Shown: positions 12,729-26,509, numbered from the stretch's first letter. The stretch is 64,000 nucleotides of DNA from Octopus vulgaris (GCA_951406725.2 OX597832.1:25110001-25174000), one strand, 5' to 3'. Translations and numbers: made by a program. Notes: generated by a model not told the origin, from the sequence alone.

Positions 12729-13400
12729 GAATATCATAATGTACAAAATGAAAAATAAAATGAAATTATAAAGCAAAAAAAAAAATTATATATATATATA
12801 TATGTACAAATATCGAAATATCGTTTTAAATTTAAACAGCAAGGAACTAAAAAGAATGCAACAGTGAATTGGAAAGAGAAATAATAATAATAATAATAAT
12901 AATAATGATACTTTGAAAATAAATCGAGAAACTGTGAAACAATATTCATAACAGAACAATTAACTCGAAAAGAAGCAAGAAAAATGGTTTCAGTTTTTAA
13001 AGAAAATTCCTAATAAACTTTTTATTTTCTGTTGTATCTTTTGTTGTTGTTGTTGTTGTTGTTGTTATTGTTATTGATATTGATGATGATGATAATGGTT
13101 AGGGCGATGACTATAGCGATGAGGCGATGATGGTGGTGTTTATAGTGTTTATGAAAAAGATGCTGATAAATGGTGATGACGATGGATATGACGATAAGGA
13201 TAATGATATGATTATCGTTCTTTTTGAGGATGATGATAATGATGATGATGGTGGTGATGATGAGTGTTATGCCTGGCAATTTTTTTTCCTTATTCATATT
13301 TTCCGATCTGTAGTTATGCGCCATATTTTATTTCGCATAAAAAAATAAATAAGTTATTATTAACAAAATATAAACAATAATAAAAGCAAATATTGAACAA
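12423..13400 (+). other. Probable 3' UTR of the neuropeptide gene
   Basis: A/T-rich sequence after the stop codon, with several AATAAA hexamers (e.g. ~12754, ~13344) and embedded microsatellites. The true end is unknown. Confidence 0.4.
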
Positions 13401-13522
13401 AAAAAAAACAAAAAAAAAACAAGGAGAAGCAAACTTTATATTCTTTGAAACTTTGTTATTTCAGACACAACAATATTCTTTGGAATCATGGTTATTGTTA
13501 TCATTTTTTTTTTTTGTTTTGT

Positions 13523-13817
13523 CCCTTCTCGAGCCACGACTGGCTCATAAGGGCCGGTTTCCCGGTTTGCTTGGCGTATAGGTTCCCCACGTGGACGGGA
13601 CGCCAGTCCGTCGCAGGTGAGCTGCAAGATGCAGGAGAAAAGAGTGAGAGAAAGTTCTGGCAAAAGAGCCAGTAGAAGTTCGCCATTACCTTCTGCAGGA
13701 GCCGCGTGGGGCTTAGGTGTTTCGCTCATAAACACACACACCGCCCGGTCTGAGATTCGAACCCGCGATCCCTCGACCGCGAGTCCGCTACTCTAACCAC
13801 AAGGCCATGTGCTTCCA
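13523..13817 (-). mobile_element. tRNA(Arg)-like SINE, full length
   Basis: Same family at 35450-35740 (-) and 37514-38020 (+). Has A/B box head and shared ggaaaccggcccttatgagcc tail. Confidence 0.85.
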
Positions 13818-13829
13818 CTGTTATCATAG

Positions 13830-14053
13830 TAATGGTTTCAAATTTTGACACAAGACCAGCAATTTCGAGTGCTGTGGGAAAGTCGATTACATCGACCCCG
13901 ACGCACAACAGGTACTTATTTCAGCGACCCCGAAAGGATGAAAGACAAGGACAACCTCAGCGGAATTTTGAACTCAGAACGGAAAAACGGTCGATATGCC
14001 GCTAAACATGTTATCCGGCGCGATAATGATTCTGCTAGCTCGCCGTCCTTATG

Positions 14054-14103
<50 letters not shown>

Positions 14104-15080
14104 TGTATCAGCTTTAGGAGAGTATGAACGTCGATTACGGCGACTCTTGTTTCAGTTGCTACATATTTTATCGACCCTCCTAAAGGATAAGCAATGTTAA
14201 CCTCGTCGGAATTCAAACTTAGTAAGTAAAGAGCCAGAGATAATACAACTCTGTACGACATGCTAACGACACCACCAGCTCACGACGATTGCCTTTGTTA
14301 TGACAGTAATAAGAACTCTTTCTAATTTTAGCAGAAATCCAACAATTTCAGGGAGCGGGGTAAGTCAATTACATGGATGCCAGTGCTCGACTGGTACATG
14401 TCTTTCGACCAGAAAGGCTGGAAAGGGAAGTTGACTTCGACAGTATTTGAACTCAGAAAGTAAATCGTTGGGTGGAGTGCGGCCAACGCTCAAGCAACAC
14501 TTTTAAAATTATAGTAATAATCCTTTCTACTAAAGGCATAAGGCTTCAAATTTTGTGGGAGGAACTAGTTGATTACATTGGCCCCCAGTGCTTGTCTCGT
14601 ACTTAGTTTATTGACCCAAGAAAGGATTAAAAGCAAAGTCGACCTCGGCGGAATTTGAACTCAGAATGTAGCGGCAGACGAAATACCTATTTCTTTACTG
14701 CCCATAAGGGACTAAACACAGAGAGGACAAACAGGGACAGACAAACAGATTAAGTCAATTATATCGACTCCAGTGCGTAACTGGTACTTATTTAATTGAC
14801 TCCGAAAGGATGAAAGGCAAAGTCGACCTCGGCGGAATTTGAACTCAGAACGTAACGGCAGACGAAATACTGATAAGCATTTCGCCCGGCATGCTAGCGT
14901 TTCTACCGGCTCGCCGCCTTTTAAATAATTATTGTAATAAGAAAAATATTAGCAAGAATTCTTTTTAACTTAGGTTGAAATCCGGAAAGTAGGGACGAAT
15001 AGGTTAGTCGATTGCAATGATTACCATTAATTAAGGTTTGGTTTCATCGTCCCCAGAAGAGCGAAAGACAAAGTTGACAT
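13830..15080 (-). mobile_element. Cluster of ~6 SINE copies with a gtcgactttgcctttcatcctttcggggtcgat central domain (Meta/MESC-like)
   Basis: Repeated aaaggcaaagtcgacctcggcggaatttgaactcagaac motif. Other copies at 28670-29062, 32475-32680 and 57836-58061. Confidence 0.8.
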
Positions 15081-15480
15081 CTTAAATAAGAAGCTAAAGT
15101 ACTGTAGCTGCACTCAACAAAACATTTTATCGACATCTCTAACGTGTCTGCCTATTAACTCTTTCTCTGTGTTTACACCAAAGGGTGTCACTACAGGAGC
15201 GGTGAAGGTAATGGAGTGGCTAGAACATCCAAGATTATTAGGACTACGAAAGCTAAGAACACTACACCAGATTACATTCCTCGGCCTATTGGTGCGTGCT
15301 GGAAGAAGCTGATGAGATCTGGGTCTGAGAGTAAAGTGTTTCTCCTCACTCTTTTATCCTCTTGCTTTACTCTCAGACCCAGGAGACTTGTTGTCACTAA
15401 ACCTCAAGATAAAATACCTGCTGACTAAATTAGCATGCACTAGCATTATAATAATAACGATGATGATGATGATGATGATG

Positions 15481-15585
<105 letters not shown>

Positions 15586-15901
15586 GAGCACTAGGAATGA
15601 TCAAAAAGGGAACCGAAAATTATATGAGAATGATCCCTGGCTTACCATCCCTGCAAGAAGTGCAAAAGATTGTCTTAACTGGTACATCACACGTATTGAG
15701 AAGAGCATTGTCGATGTGAGAACTGTTGCTGCTCATGTATTTTAATTTAACTTTAAAAAGAAAAAAAAAAAAAAAAAATGAACGAACTACTGAGTTTGGT
15801 TTAATGGCCTACCAATGTATACTATGAGTTTCTTTGCCCTAGGAGTCGGGAAGACACTCGGCAAGAAATGGAAGCAAATTTGAAAGAAGAAAAAAAAAAA
15901 A

Positions 15902-15903
<2 letters not shown>
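15586..15903 (+). mobile_element. 5'-truncated Dong/R4-type (RLE non-LTR) 3' end, copy 1
   Basis: Translates ALGMIKKGTENYMRMIPGLPSLQEVQKIVLTGTSHVLRRALSM* (typical R4-clade C-terminus), then 3'UTR and A-tail, flanked by (TAA)n. Confidence 0.75.
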
Positions 15904-15952
<49 letters not shown>

Positions 15953-15957
15953 CATAA

Positions 15958-16195
15958 TAATTCCTATCATAATAGGCGCATTAGGTATGATAAAAATATT
16001 CAGACGAATACATAACAAAATCCCCAAGACTTACATACAGAAAATAGCACTACTAGGCACCGTATACATCCTACGAAAAACACGTTCAATACAGTGAAAA
16101 TAAGAGCACCACAACAAATCACAGCACATACCCAAGGCACACAGAGCTGCGCTCGGTAGTGAAGTGAAAGCACGCTATTAAAATATAACTACTGA
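15958..16195 (+). mobile_element. Dong/R4-type 3' end, copy 2
   Basis: IPIIIGALGMIK...YIQKIALLGTVYILRK, between (TAA)n tracts. Confidence 0.75.
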
Positions 16196-16258
16196 ATAAT
16201 AATAATAATAATAATGATGATGATGATGATGATAATAATAATAATAATAATAATAATG

Positions 16259-16307
<49 letters not shown>

Positions 16308-16309
<2 letters not shown>

Positions 16310-16470
16310 GGGGCTGCAACAAGGGTGGCGCAGTTACAGAAAAAAGCACTGCTTGGAACCGCTCGAATACTCCGGAAGGTGCTCGAAAAATAAGAGGTGT
16401 TACCTTAGTTCACTGGTAGTGAACAGCTACACTGTATTACATCTCCAACGTTAGAAGCTGTGCAAAGGCA
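16308..16470 (+). mobile_element. Dong/R4-type 3' end, copy 3
   Basis: GAATRVAQLQKKALLGTARILRKVLEK*, between (TAA)n tracts. Confidence 0.7.
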
Positions 16471-16496
16471 ATGATAACAATAATAATAATATAAGA

Positions 16497-17050
16497 AATA
16501 GAGGCATGACCATGTTCTGAAAGTTTTGCACGGGATTTTTTATCAGAAATGGGTATAATCATCGGATAAAAAGAGTTCTTGAATCGGGAAATTGCAAGAT
16601 TCTATGGGATTTTTTTTTAATGCAATCGGATAAAAAACTAGACAATAGCAAAACCAGATACAACAATAATAGAGAAGGAATGACTAATTTGCTCCCTGAT
16701 TGATCCATCACGTCCATTTTATTCCAGGATCGTGAAGAAAGAAGAGGAAAATTTTTAAATATTACTATCTTTTAGAATTTCAAATTACGAGAATTTGAAA
16801 AAATGGAATATGTAAAGGGTGTGTCTGTAATAATTGGTACAGTGGGAACTGTGAGCAATGAAATGGATAAACGGTTGAAGGAAATTGAAATGGAATGTCT
16901 TGTAGAACTTCTGCAGAAGGTTTTGCTTTTTAGGAACAGGACAGATTACCAGGAGGGTTTTAAGGTCTTGATAGATTATTGAGATATTTTGGAGTAACCC
17001 GCTACCTACATAGATTCTACCAGAAATAAGGCCACTGTAGGTCAAGTCGA
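16497..17050 (+). mobile_element. Dong/R4-type remnant including the RLE endonuclease region, copy 4
   Basis: Frameshifted RHDHVLKVLH, KILWDF, D..LD..KPD, LID, VIIGTVG and LLQK..LLGTGQITRR motifs. Confidence 0.7.
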
Positions 17051-17065
17051 AAAGTGATAGTGGTA

Positions 17066-17137
<72 letters not shown>

Positions 17138-17569
17138 ACAACAGGAGCAGCAGAATTTGGACCTGGATATCTCCATTTCCAGCGACTTCGAGGGCCACTT
17201 CCCAGTGGTGTCGGGCGTCAACGAAGAGCCCTCGACTACAACAAGATTCCCAAGTTTTTTTTCCCCCAAGGTCTGGGGTCTCCCGCCCCAAAGCCCTAGA
17301 CCATTACCTAATCACCCTTACCCGTCTTGTTGCTTAACAACAACATCAACAACAACAACAACAGCAACAACAGCAACAGCAGCGATGACAACAATAAGAA
17401 TTGAGGAGGAGAAGGTGGGGGAGAAAAAATACATACAGAAGGAGGAGTAGGAGGGGAGAAGGATTTGTCTTATTTACCATGGGGCATTAGATAAGATGGG
17501 TCAGAGTCATTACATGAACAGTTTACAATTTCAACAGGAACAGAGGAGAGAAGGTTAAATGCAATAAAC

Positions 17570-17759
17570 AGGCGCAGGAGTGGCTGTGAGGTAAGTAGCT
17601 TGCTAACCAACCACATGGTCCCAGGTTCAGTCCCACTGCGAGGCACATTGAGCAAGTGTCTTCTATTATAGCCTCGGGCCGACCAAAGCCTTGCGAGTGG
17701 ATTTGGTAGACGGAAACTGAAAGAAGCCCGTCGTATATATGTATATGTATATCTATAAG

Positions 17760-17823
<64 letters not shown>

Positions 17824-18035
17824 TGTGCGTATGTTTGTGTGTCTGTGTTTGTCCCCCCAACATCGCTTGACAACCGATGCTGGTGTGTTTACGTCCCCGT
17901 AACTTAGCGGTTCGGCATTAAGAGACCGATAGAATAAGTACTAGTCTTCCAAAGAATAAGTCCTGGGGTCGATTTGCTCGACTAAAGAGTGGTGCTCCAG
18001 CATGGCCGCAGTCAAATGACTGAAACAAGAAGATG
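17570..18035 (+). mobile_element. CORE-like SINE, full copy with internal (GT)n
   Basis: Same family as 4469-4860. Confidence 0.85.
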
Positions 18036-18530
18036 AGTAATTGAGTAAATACAAACATGCATACATATATGGATGGCTTCAAATTCAGCCGCGGTCGAAT
18101 TAAGCCTGCATCATTTCGGGGTCGACAAAATAAATACCAGCTGAACAATTGGGTCTATGTAATTGGTTAGACCTTACCGGCAAATTTCAGGCCTTGTGAT
18201 TAGAATTGAAAAACTTACGTTTCAACGAACGTTGCTATCTTCTCGTATTTTAGATATACACTTCTTACTACAGAACAATTCTTGTGGAATTTTCTTAAGA
18301 TACAACGCAGATATATTCAGACTTTACCATCAAACTTTGTCTTTATAATCTACTGTTATTCTATAGAGATATTCTCTACATTCCCGTCACCTTTTCTTCC
18401 GTATCTAAGCTGCATTATCTCTGCCCAAATAGCGTGCAGTTTCTAATTTCATAAAAGTGATTACATTTTACTAGAAGTGATATAGATGGAGATTAGCTTG
18501 ACACCGAGGCAGAGTCTTATATTTTAACAG

Positions 18531-18573
<43 letters not shown>

Positions 18574-18884
18574 CAGAAAGAGAGAGAGACAAACAGACAG
18601 ACAGAGGGAGAGGTAGAGATGAATAGGAAAATGGCTGAATATTTTCTTATCGGATATGACGTCGTGTTCTATTTAATTTCATGTGAAAGATTAAGATGTG
18701 ACATTTCGCTTATCTTACTTACCTAGCAGGATTCGAGGGATGAAACATCCATTGTGACTAAGCGTACATATATAAACCACATAGTACATTGTGTATATAA
18801 GTGTATATTATGTGTGTGTACATATATCCATATTTCATATAAAATATATAACCATATTATATATAAAATATTATATATATACTC

Positions 18885-19290
18885 TTTTACTCTTTTACTC
18901 TTTTACTTGTTTCAGTCATTTGACTGCGGCGGTGCTGCAGCACCGCCTTTAATCGAGCAACTCGACGCCGGGAATTATTCTTTTGTAAGCCCAGTACTTA
19001 TTCTATCGGTCTCTTTTGCCGAACCGCTAAGTGACGGGGACGTAAACACACCAGCATCGGTTGTCAAGCAATGCTCCGGGGACAAACACAGACGCACAAA
19101 CACACACACGCATATATATACATATATACGACAGGCTTCTTTCAGTTTCCGTCTACCAAATCCACTCACAAGGCTTTGGTCGGCCCGATGCTATAGTAGA
19201 AGACACTTGCCCAAGGTGCCACGCAGTGGGACTGAACCCGGAACCATGTGGCTGGTAAACAAGCTACTTACCACACAGCCACTCCTGCGC
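18885..19290 (-). mobile_element. CORE-like SINE, full copy
   Basis: Same family as 4469-4860, reverse strand. Confidence 0.85.
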
Positions 19291-19320
19291 CCTGTTTACG
19301 TATATAATATAGATGCGTAT

Positions 19321-19351
<31 letters not shown>

Positions 19352-19367
19352 ATGTATATATATACTG

Positions 19368-19497
19368 GAGATAACACATAAATGTGAAACAAGGTGGAAA
19401 AAAGAGTATTCAAATACCAAAAACTCTCCGTCGAACGGGAACGTGAAACTCCGAGTAACAGCTTTTGTTAAATTTCAGCTGCTTTTAAATAAAGTAT
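19368..19497. mobile_element. Penelope-like pLTR fragment with a degenerate hammerhead
   Basis: acg-ggaa-cgt-GAAA-ctccgag-TA-acag. The left part is the reverse complement of 41905-41950. Confidence 0.55.
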
Positions 19498-19504
19498 ACA
19501 TACA

Positions 19505-19548
<44 letters not shown>

Positions 19549-20314
19549 ATACATATAGGTATGTGTATGTTATATATCATATGAATGATATAACAATATA
19601 TCTATGCACCTATAAGTATCTATAACGTCGTAGTATCGAATACGATATAGATGTACAAGCGTCAGCTGAAATGTTCATACCCAGATATGATATTATCATA
19701 CTCACTAGGATACTGGCTCCCAGTCAAGTGTGTTTTCATGTTGAGGAGCAGACGATAGTCGGATGGGCCAAAAGGAGAAAACATTGTATACAGAATTAGG
19801 GGCTTATTAGTAAATACAGCACCTAGTTGGAATTTCCCTCATTAGCGGTTTACTGCGACAGGTAATAATTACGTTCGAATTTCGCAGTATGTGATTGAGA
19901 GCCCAGACTTTTTTCTCTGCTGCCATCATATAAGCAGTTTTTCTCTCTCTAAAATTCTCTAAAATAACACATCTTACTCATTATTTGCCCAGTGTTGCGA
20001 CAATGATGTAAAAGAAAAGCTATTTTGGTCTGGAGTCTTTGATCAACTTACAACGAACCCTACCCCTCAAATGCGCTGTCTCCTCGTTTTGCCTCGTTAC
20101 CACTGTGACCATTGTTATACGAAGTTGGCAGGTCTCACTCTACCTTCGCTCAGGTACTCACAATATACTCATTTGATCCCAAGTACAGTCTACTGTCTGA
20201 CACTCCGTTTTCCTCCGGCTTTTACGATTACTCTTTAAATGATCAAAGTCACTGCTCCCACTTACTGCAATTTATGCATATAAATAAATAAATAAATAAA
20301 TAAGTAATAAACAA

Positions 20315-20730
20315 GGCATAGGAGTGGTTGTGTGGTAATTAGTTTGCTTATGAACCACATGGTTCCTGGTTCAAACCCTCTGCGTGGCACCTTGGGTAAG
20401 TGTCTTCTACTATAGCCTCGGGCCGACCAAAGCCTTGTGAGTGGATTTGGTAAACGGAAGCTGAAAGAAACCCGTCGTATATATGTATATATATATATAC
20501 GTATGTATGTGTGTGTATATGTTTGTACGTCTGTGTTTGTCCTCCCAACATCGCTTGACAACCGACGCTGCTGTGTTTACGTCCCCGTAACTTAGTAGTT
20601 CGGCAAAAGAGACCGATAGAATAAGTAAGTACTAGGCTTACAAAGAATAAGTCCTGGAGTCGATTTGATCGACTAAAGGCGGTGCTCCAGCATGGCCACA
20701 GTCACGTGACTGAAACAAGTAAAAGAGTAA
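20315..20730 (+). mobile_element. CORE-like SINE, full copy
   Basis: Same family as 4469-4860. Confidence 0.85.
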
Positions 20731-21780
20731 ATAAATAGATAAATAAATAAATAAAAACAACCAAAGCATAGAAAAAACAAATACGATGACTGAGACTTGG
20801 GGTTGAATAGCTAATACATTTATTTCGTTTCTTGCGATTCTACAATGACTTCTATGGTCTCGCATTTAATTCCAATTTTCCAAGAGTTAAGTAGATTAGC
20901 CTCGTATTTCTACTGTAAAAGATGAAGATCTATCACAGGGCGATTCTTCACCTCTACCACCACAAGAATAAATGAACTCATAAAAAGAGTAAATCACTTG
21001 TTAATTAAGCAGTACTCAAGCTTTTGCTTGGACTGACAAATTGTTTATATTTTCGTGATGTCTATCTACAATTATGTAGACGGCCATTTTAGAGATAAGT
21101 GCATCTGTTTACACACGTAGGAAATTTCTTAGGATAATCAACGAAAATAGCCGATATCTTCACTGCTTTTCATATATTCCGTGTCATCACCTCTGACTAC
21201 AAAGGAAAATATTCCATTGTGCTGCATCCATCTCTTTTCTTAAGGATTTGACAGGGTAAAAAGGTCAGCGACCTTAAACTTTTTCAGAGACTACATTCCA
21301 GTGAAGTGAGGGAAATCATGCATAAATTGAAAAATTCGCCAAAAGACTTGCAAGGGAATATATTCTACTCAAAGCATCGGAAAACGTGGGGCAGGAGATA
21401 ACTCTAGCAACCGATTCAGTCTGTCACACGAGAATGGACACGGTCCTTCCAGATGGGTTCTACAACAACAAACAACCATGATCTTGAAACTACTATAAAG
21501 CAAACTGCAACGTTACCATATATAGGAGCGCTGTAGTTCGCTTGAAGCACTGTAATATCAAAGACGGGCAAAAAAGGGAAAATAGGAGAGGCTCTGACAA
21601 TGTGAAGAGTTTCACAAAACCTTTATATTTCAGGCGTAAAGGCCCATCATCAGAAGAAAAGCAGTCTGGGAAATGTCCAGTTATGCAGGTTCCGTTAACC
21701 TATTTAGATTCCTCAGCATGTTAATGGTAGTATCAGTCACTCTCCAAATGTTGGTGTAAACAAACATCCAGCTGGTGCTT

Positions 21781-21783
<3 letters not shown>

Positions 21784-21813
<30 letters not shown>

Positions 21814-21913
21814 CTTCTTCTTCTTCTTCTTCTTCTTCTTCTTCTTCTTCTTCTTCTTCTTCTTCTTCTTCTTCTTCTTCTTCTTCTTCTTCTTCTTCTT
21901 CTTCTTCTTCTTC
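21784..21913. repeat. Pure (CTT)n microsatellite
   Basis: Direct reading. Confidence 0.95.
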
Positions 21914-22157
21914 TAATCAGGGCTCACGCCATTAGCCACAAAGAATAACCTCTAATTCGAGCCTATTCTAAGCTACTAAGAATGCGTGTGGCAAGATCTA
22001 GCCACCACACGAGATAGACTGGCGGTTGCACGGGCGCGAAAGCTACGTTGTTATCCTCATTCCGTAAACGGTGGCTTTTAACGGGTGGAGAGCTGAACCA
22101 TCCTGGGGTACTGAGGATTCGCAATCTAGACTAGGGTCTGAAAGTTTACCACACCGA

Positions 22158-22635
22158 GGAACCTTTGTATATTTAATCTACCCACTAGAACAGCCCTATA
22201 TATATAGGCCTTTATAGAAGGGACCTTAACACAGTTAGTCTACCTACTACATCGTGCCTTAATATAGTCAACCAACCTGATACAAGAGGCCTTTTTAGAA
22301 GTAGGTTTTATATCGTGAATCTACTTGCCAGAAAATCCCTTTATATGGGCAATCAATCTGCTAGAAGGAAGGGGCTTTTATTGAAGTGGCATTATATAAT
22401 CAATCTCCCCGCAATAAGGGGCCTTTATATATTTAATACACTTTCTAGAAGGGACTTTTGAAGAAAGAGCCTTTATATTATCAATCTACCTGCTGGAAAA
22501 GCCCTGTATGTAGTCGATTTACCTGCTATAAGGCGCCTTTGTATTGTCAATCTGCTTGATACAGAAACCCTTTATATAGTCGCTCCGTCTGCTGTAAGAA
22601 GCCTTTGTATAATCAATCTATCTGCTACAAAATTC
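22158..22635. repeat. Degenerate ~33 bp minisatellite
   Basis: Units resembling ggcctttatatagtcaatctacctgctagaag. Confidence 0.75.
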
Positions 22636-23583
22636 TCCTATAAATCCCATCGTAACAGCTTAAAAACAGCCATTTTCAATGACGTATTCCTTGAAATTCT
22701 GTTGAGATAGTTACGTTTGGAACGCCTTTTATCATAGATCTGTCTGTCGGAACGGACTTGTGACTAAAGTAAAAAGAATAAATACCACAGTGAATAGCAA
22801 GGAGAAAACTAACATCTCTACTGAAAGCACAACAATACCAGCTACCATAACAACAACAACAGCATATGTAATAAAAATACCTCCTTCTCAAAAGAATATT
22901 ATCTCTCGCCTTACTCTAAATAACAAAACCAACGGCAACCATTATAAAAGGAAGGACGAACTAAACAACAATGGCTGAAAGACGATAAACAAATAAAAAC
23001 TGAAACTGTAACAATTATAAAACAAATAAATAAACAAATAAATCAGGAAATAAAAGGACAAGACATAACATGTCCGACACTAAGCAAGACTAAAAGTAAA
23101 GAGTAAAGGAGAAAGAAATGAGAACGAGGCTATGGCGATGGTTGAACAACGTAGCAAGATGGAACACGATCGGACACGGAACTTGACGAAACATTGCGAA
23201 AGACACGGACGGTGCTAATTTTAAACATGAGACAAATGTCAAGAAAAAATGTCGTACTTGTTGGTATTAAATGGCAGCATATTAGTCAGTACTTCTTTGT
23301 ACATGTCTGTTGTGTGTGTGTGTGTGTGTGTGTGTATACATATATGTGTGGGGGAGGATGTTTGTGTGTGTGCAGTTGCGTGAGTGTAGATTCGGTAAAA
23401 CAAAAATGGTAAATGTAAATTTTATTGCTCTTAATTGCAGCAGTTGCAATGTGACTCAAGGGCCGAAAGTTTCGGGTGAATTACTGATGGGCTTTGATAT
23501 ATACATACATACATACATACATACATACATACATACATTCATACATACACACATACACACATACATACATACATACATATATA

Positions 23584-23963
23584 CACTTGCGTCAGAAATT
23601 AATTAGCACTTCTCAAATTTCTACATTAAATAGGTTAAATCAATTAACCTATGAGCTGTTCAAAACGTCTTACGCGATGAGAAAACTTAGTATGATGTGA
23701 TTTTGGTCCTTGCGAGGCGCTACCTATATCTATTAAACAAAGGAAGATTTGTCTGCATCCGCACTCCAAGTTGTTGTTGCACTGCTATGTAAACATCATA
23801 AGGCTGTAGACTCTCAAACTGCTCTGCAAACAAAGTTACGTCAACGTTCTGCGCAACAGTGAACTCGCAACAAAGCAATAGTTCGAGATATGGCCACTAG
23901 GTGACAGCACATACCTTGAGTGAAGAGCAAATCAAGGTTGCTAATTAATTTTTGACGGTAGTG
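23584..23963. mobile_element. Tc1/mariner-type MITE inserted in a (CATA)n array
   Basis: TIRs cacttgcgtcagaaattaattagca / tgctaattaatttttgacggtagtg, with TA on both sides. Confidence 0.75.
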
Positions 23964-24091
23964 TACATACATACATACATACATACATACATACATACAT
24001 ACATACATACATACATACATACATACATACATACATACATACATACATACATACATACATACATACATACATACATACATACATACATTCA

Positions 24092-24124
<33 letters not shown>

Positions 24125-24849
24125 GTATGTGTGTGTATATGTTTGCGTGTCTGTCCCCAAAAAATTCGCTTGAAAACCGATGCTGGTGTGTTTACGTCCC
24201 CGTAACTTAGCGGTTCGGCAAAAAAAGAGACTGATAGAATAAGTACTAGGCTTCCAAAGAATAAGTCCTGGAGTCGATTTGCTCGACTAAAAAGGCGGTG
24301 CTCCAGCATGGCCACTGTCAAATGACCGAAACAAGTAGAAGAGAGTAAAAGAGTGAAAGAATATTATTGTTACTTCCCAACTTTGCATAGATTCTACCAT
24401 TAATTCAACTGTTCTGTTATTCTCATAAAGAGGATTTTAGACATATGTCTTAAATGATTATCGATAAATTCTTCAAGCAAAGGTTCCTTTCACTTTCTGA
24501 CACACACAAAGTCTACTCTTAAGGTGAAGTCTATATCGATTTGTATTGAACTTTCTGCTTTTCATGTGTTTGTTTACCTGTTTGTTTGCAGGTGTTTCTT
24601 TTTCTATTGCTGTTCAGGCTTGTCTTTTCGTTGTTGTTGTGGCTGTTGTTTGCTCTTGTTGCTGTTGTTGTTGTTGTTGAAGGAGGTGATGGTGGTGGTG
24701 GTGGTGGTGGTGGTGTCACAAGTTGCTTTGCTTTTGTTTTCCGAATGGAACTGTATAATTTTATGAGTAAAATGGCTTCAAATTGTATACCTGATAAGAT
24801 GACCTACACAATATATTACACTAGCCAAAAGGGCAACATCACACAACTG

Positions 24850-24882
<33 letters not shown>

Positions 24883-25650
24883 CGTCTTTCTCTCTCCCTC
24901 TCAATCTTTCTCTCTCAGTCACGCACTCACTCTCTCTCTCACTCTCTCTCCTCTCTCTTTCGTTTTGTAACTACACAGACGAACACACAAACACACACAC
25001 TGACACACACACATGGCAATTCACTTCTGTCTCATATCAACCCGTTATGTTAAAACTTTGAGTAGCAGCACGTGAAACTTTTTCATCTTCAATAGAACAC
25101 TATACTCCACTCTAACTTTGATAATCAAATATGCTTTGCACATATGTGCTTCCATATGTGTATGCATACATGCATGTGTGTGTGTTTCTGTGTGTGTTTG
25201 ATTCTGTGTGTGTTTGATTCTGGATCTGACAAGATCATAGAACATGGTCCGGCCACTGAAAAGGAAATGCTAAATGCTGGAGGTGAATGTTTCATTGTGT
25301 TCAATCCATAATTCAATCCATAATCTTGAATCTATTCAAATCGATACAAAAACTAAAAGAAGCAGCACATATGCTAGGACACAGCAACCTCCTGAGCAGA
25401 CCGAGTGCAGATATGAACAGCATATGGGAACCGGTATTAAGGAAGGATAGGAGAATATTAGATTTATAAGCCCTAAAATTCACTTCGTAATTGCCCACGA
25501 GCTATTATGGAGTGAATTATTATAAAGAATTTATCCTATTTTAATTTATATATATATATATATATATATAGTTAATCCAAACAAGAAAACACAAAAAAAC
25601 ACAGCAACGCGAGGACGTGGAACAAATAAAGTATTATTGGACGCTCAGGA

Positions 25651-25684
<34 letters not shown>

Positions 25685-25963
25685 TATATATATATATCAC
25701 GTAATCACGTGACCGTCCAGGCTATTAAGTGTTGTTACAATGCGTTTTTTGCATTGTTTTAGAATTCGAATAACGCCACCACACTAGGCGAGGCGAGGCG
25801 AACGGGCCAACATTCCTCCTTCATTGAAAGGGGGCATGCAGCAACGAGAAATGAAGTGTTTTGTTCAAGAACACAACGCGCCGTCCAATCAGGGAATCGA
25901 ACCCACGATCTAGCGATCGCAAGTGCTACAGCTTGACCACAAGGCCACGCACCTTCAAAAGGT

Positions 25964-26029
<66 letters not shown>

Positions 26030-26039
26030 TATGTATATG

Positions 26040-26091
<52 letters not shown>

Positions 26092-26103
26092 TACATGTAT
26101 GTA

Positions 26104-26160
<57 letters not shown>

Positions 26161-26509
26161 ATACATATATATATGTTTGCTTACGTTTCTGAGGTCCCAG
26201 AACAATTGTCCACATCATCATGTGGGCATTGAGGACCTTTTTTCTTTCCTCATGCGCCTGTAAAGTTGTTATTTTTGTATTGGCGATATGAGGTTGCATT
26301 GCCTGGATGTAGTTCGGTAAGCTGTCTATTGACATCCTGCCGGACTTATCTGTGGGAAGGCATACCACCTGTCCGTTCCTCGTGCGCTGAATGAGCTTGC
26401 GTAGGCCACATGCAGGTTTAATGCCGTGATGTTGGGCCTCTGTCTTATTCTGTCTCTGTCTCTTAGTGTATAATTGTTTAATTTAAAAGATTTTCGGGCG
26501 GATTTATTA

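Noticed and set aside
15245-15320. GAAA...CTGATGAG as a permuted hammerhead
   Set aside because: The required stems cannot be formed
19690-21780. Non-repetitive stretches as possible exons
   Set aside because: Frames are interrupted by stops, and I could not recognise a family
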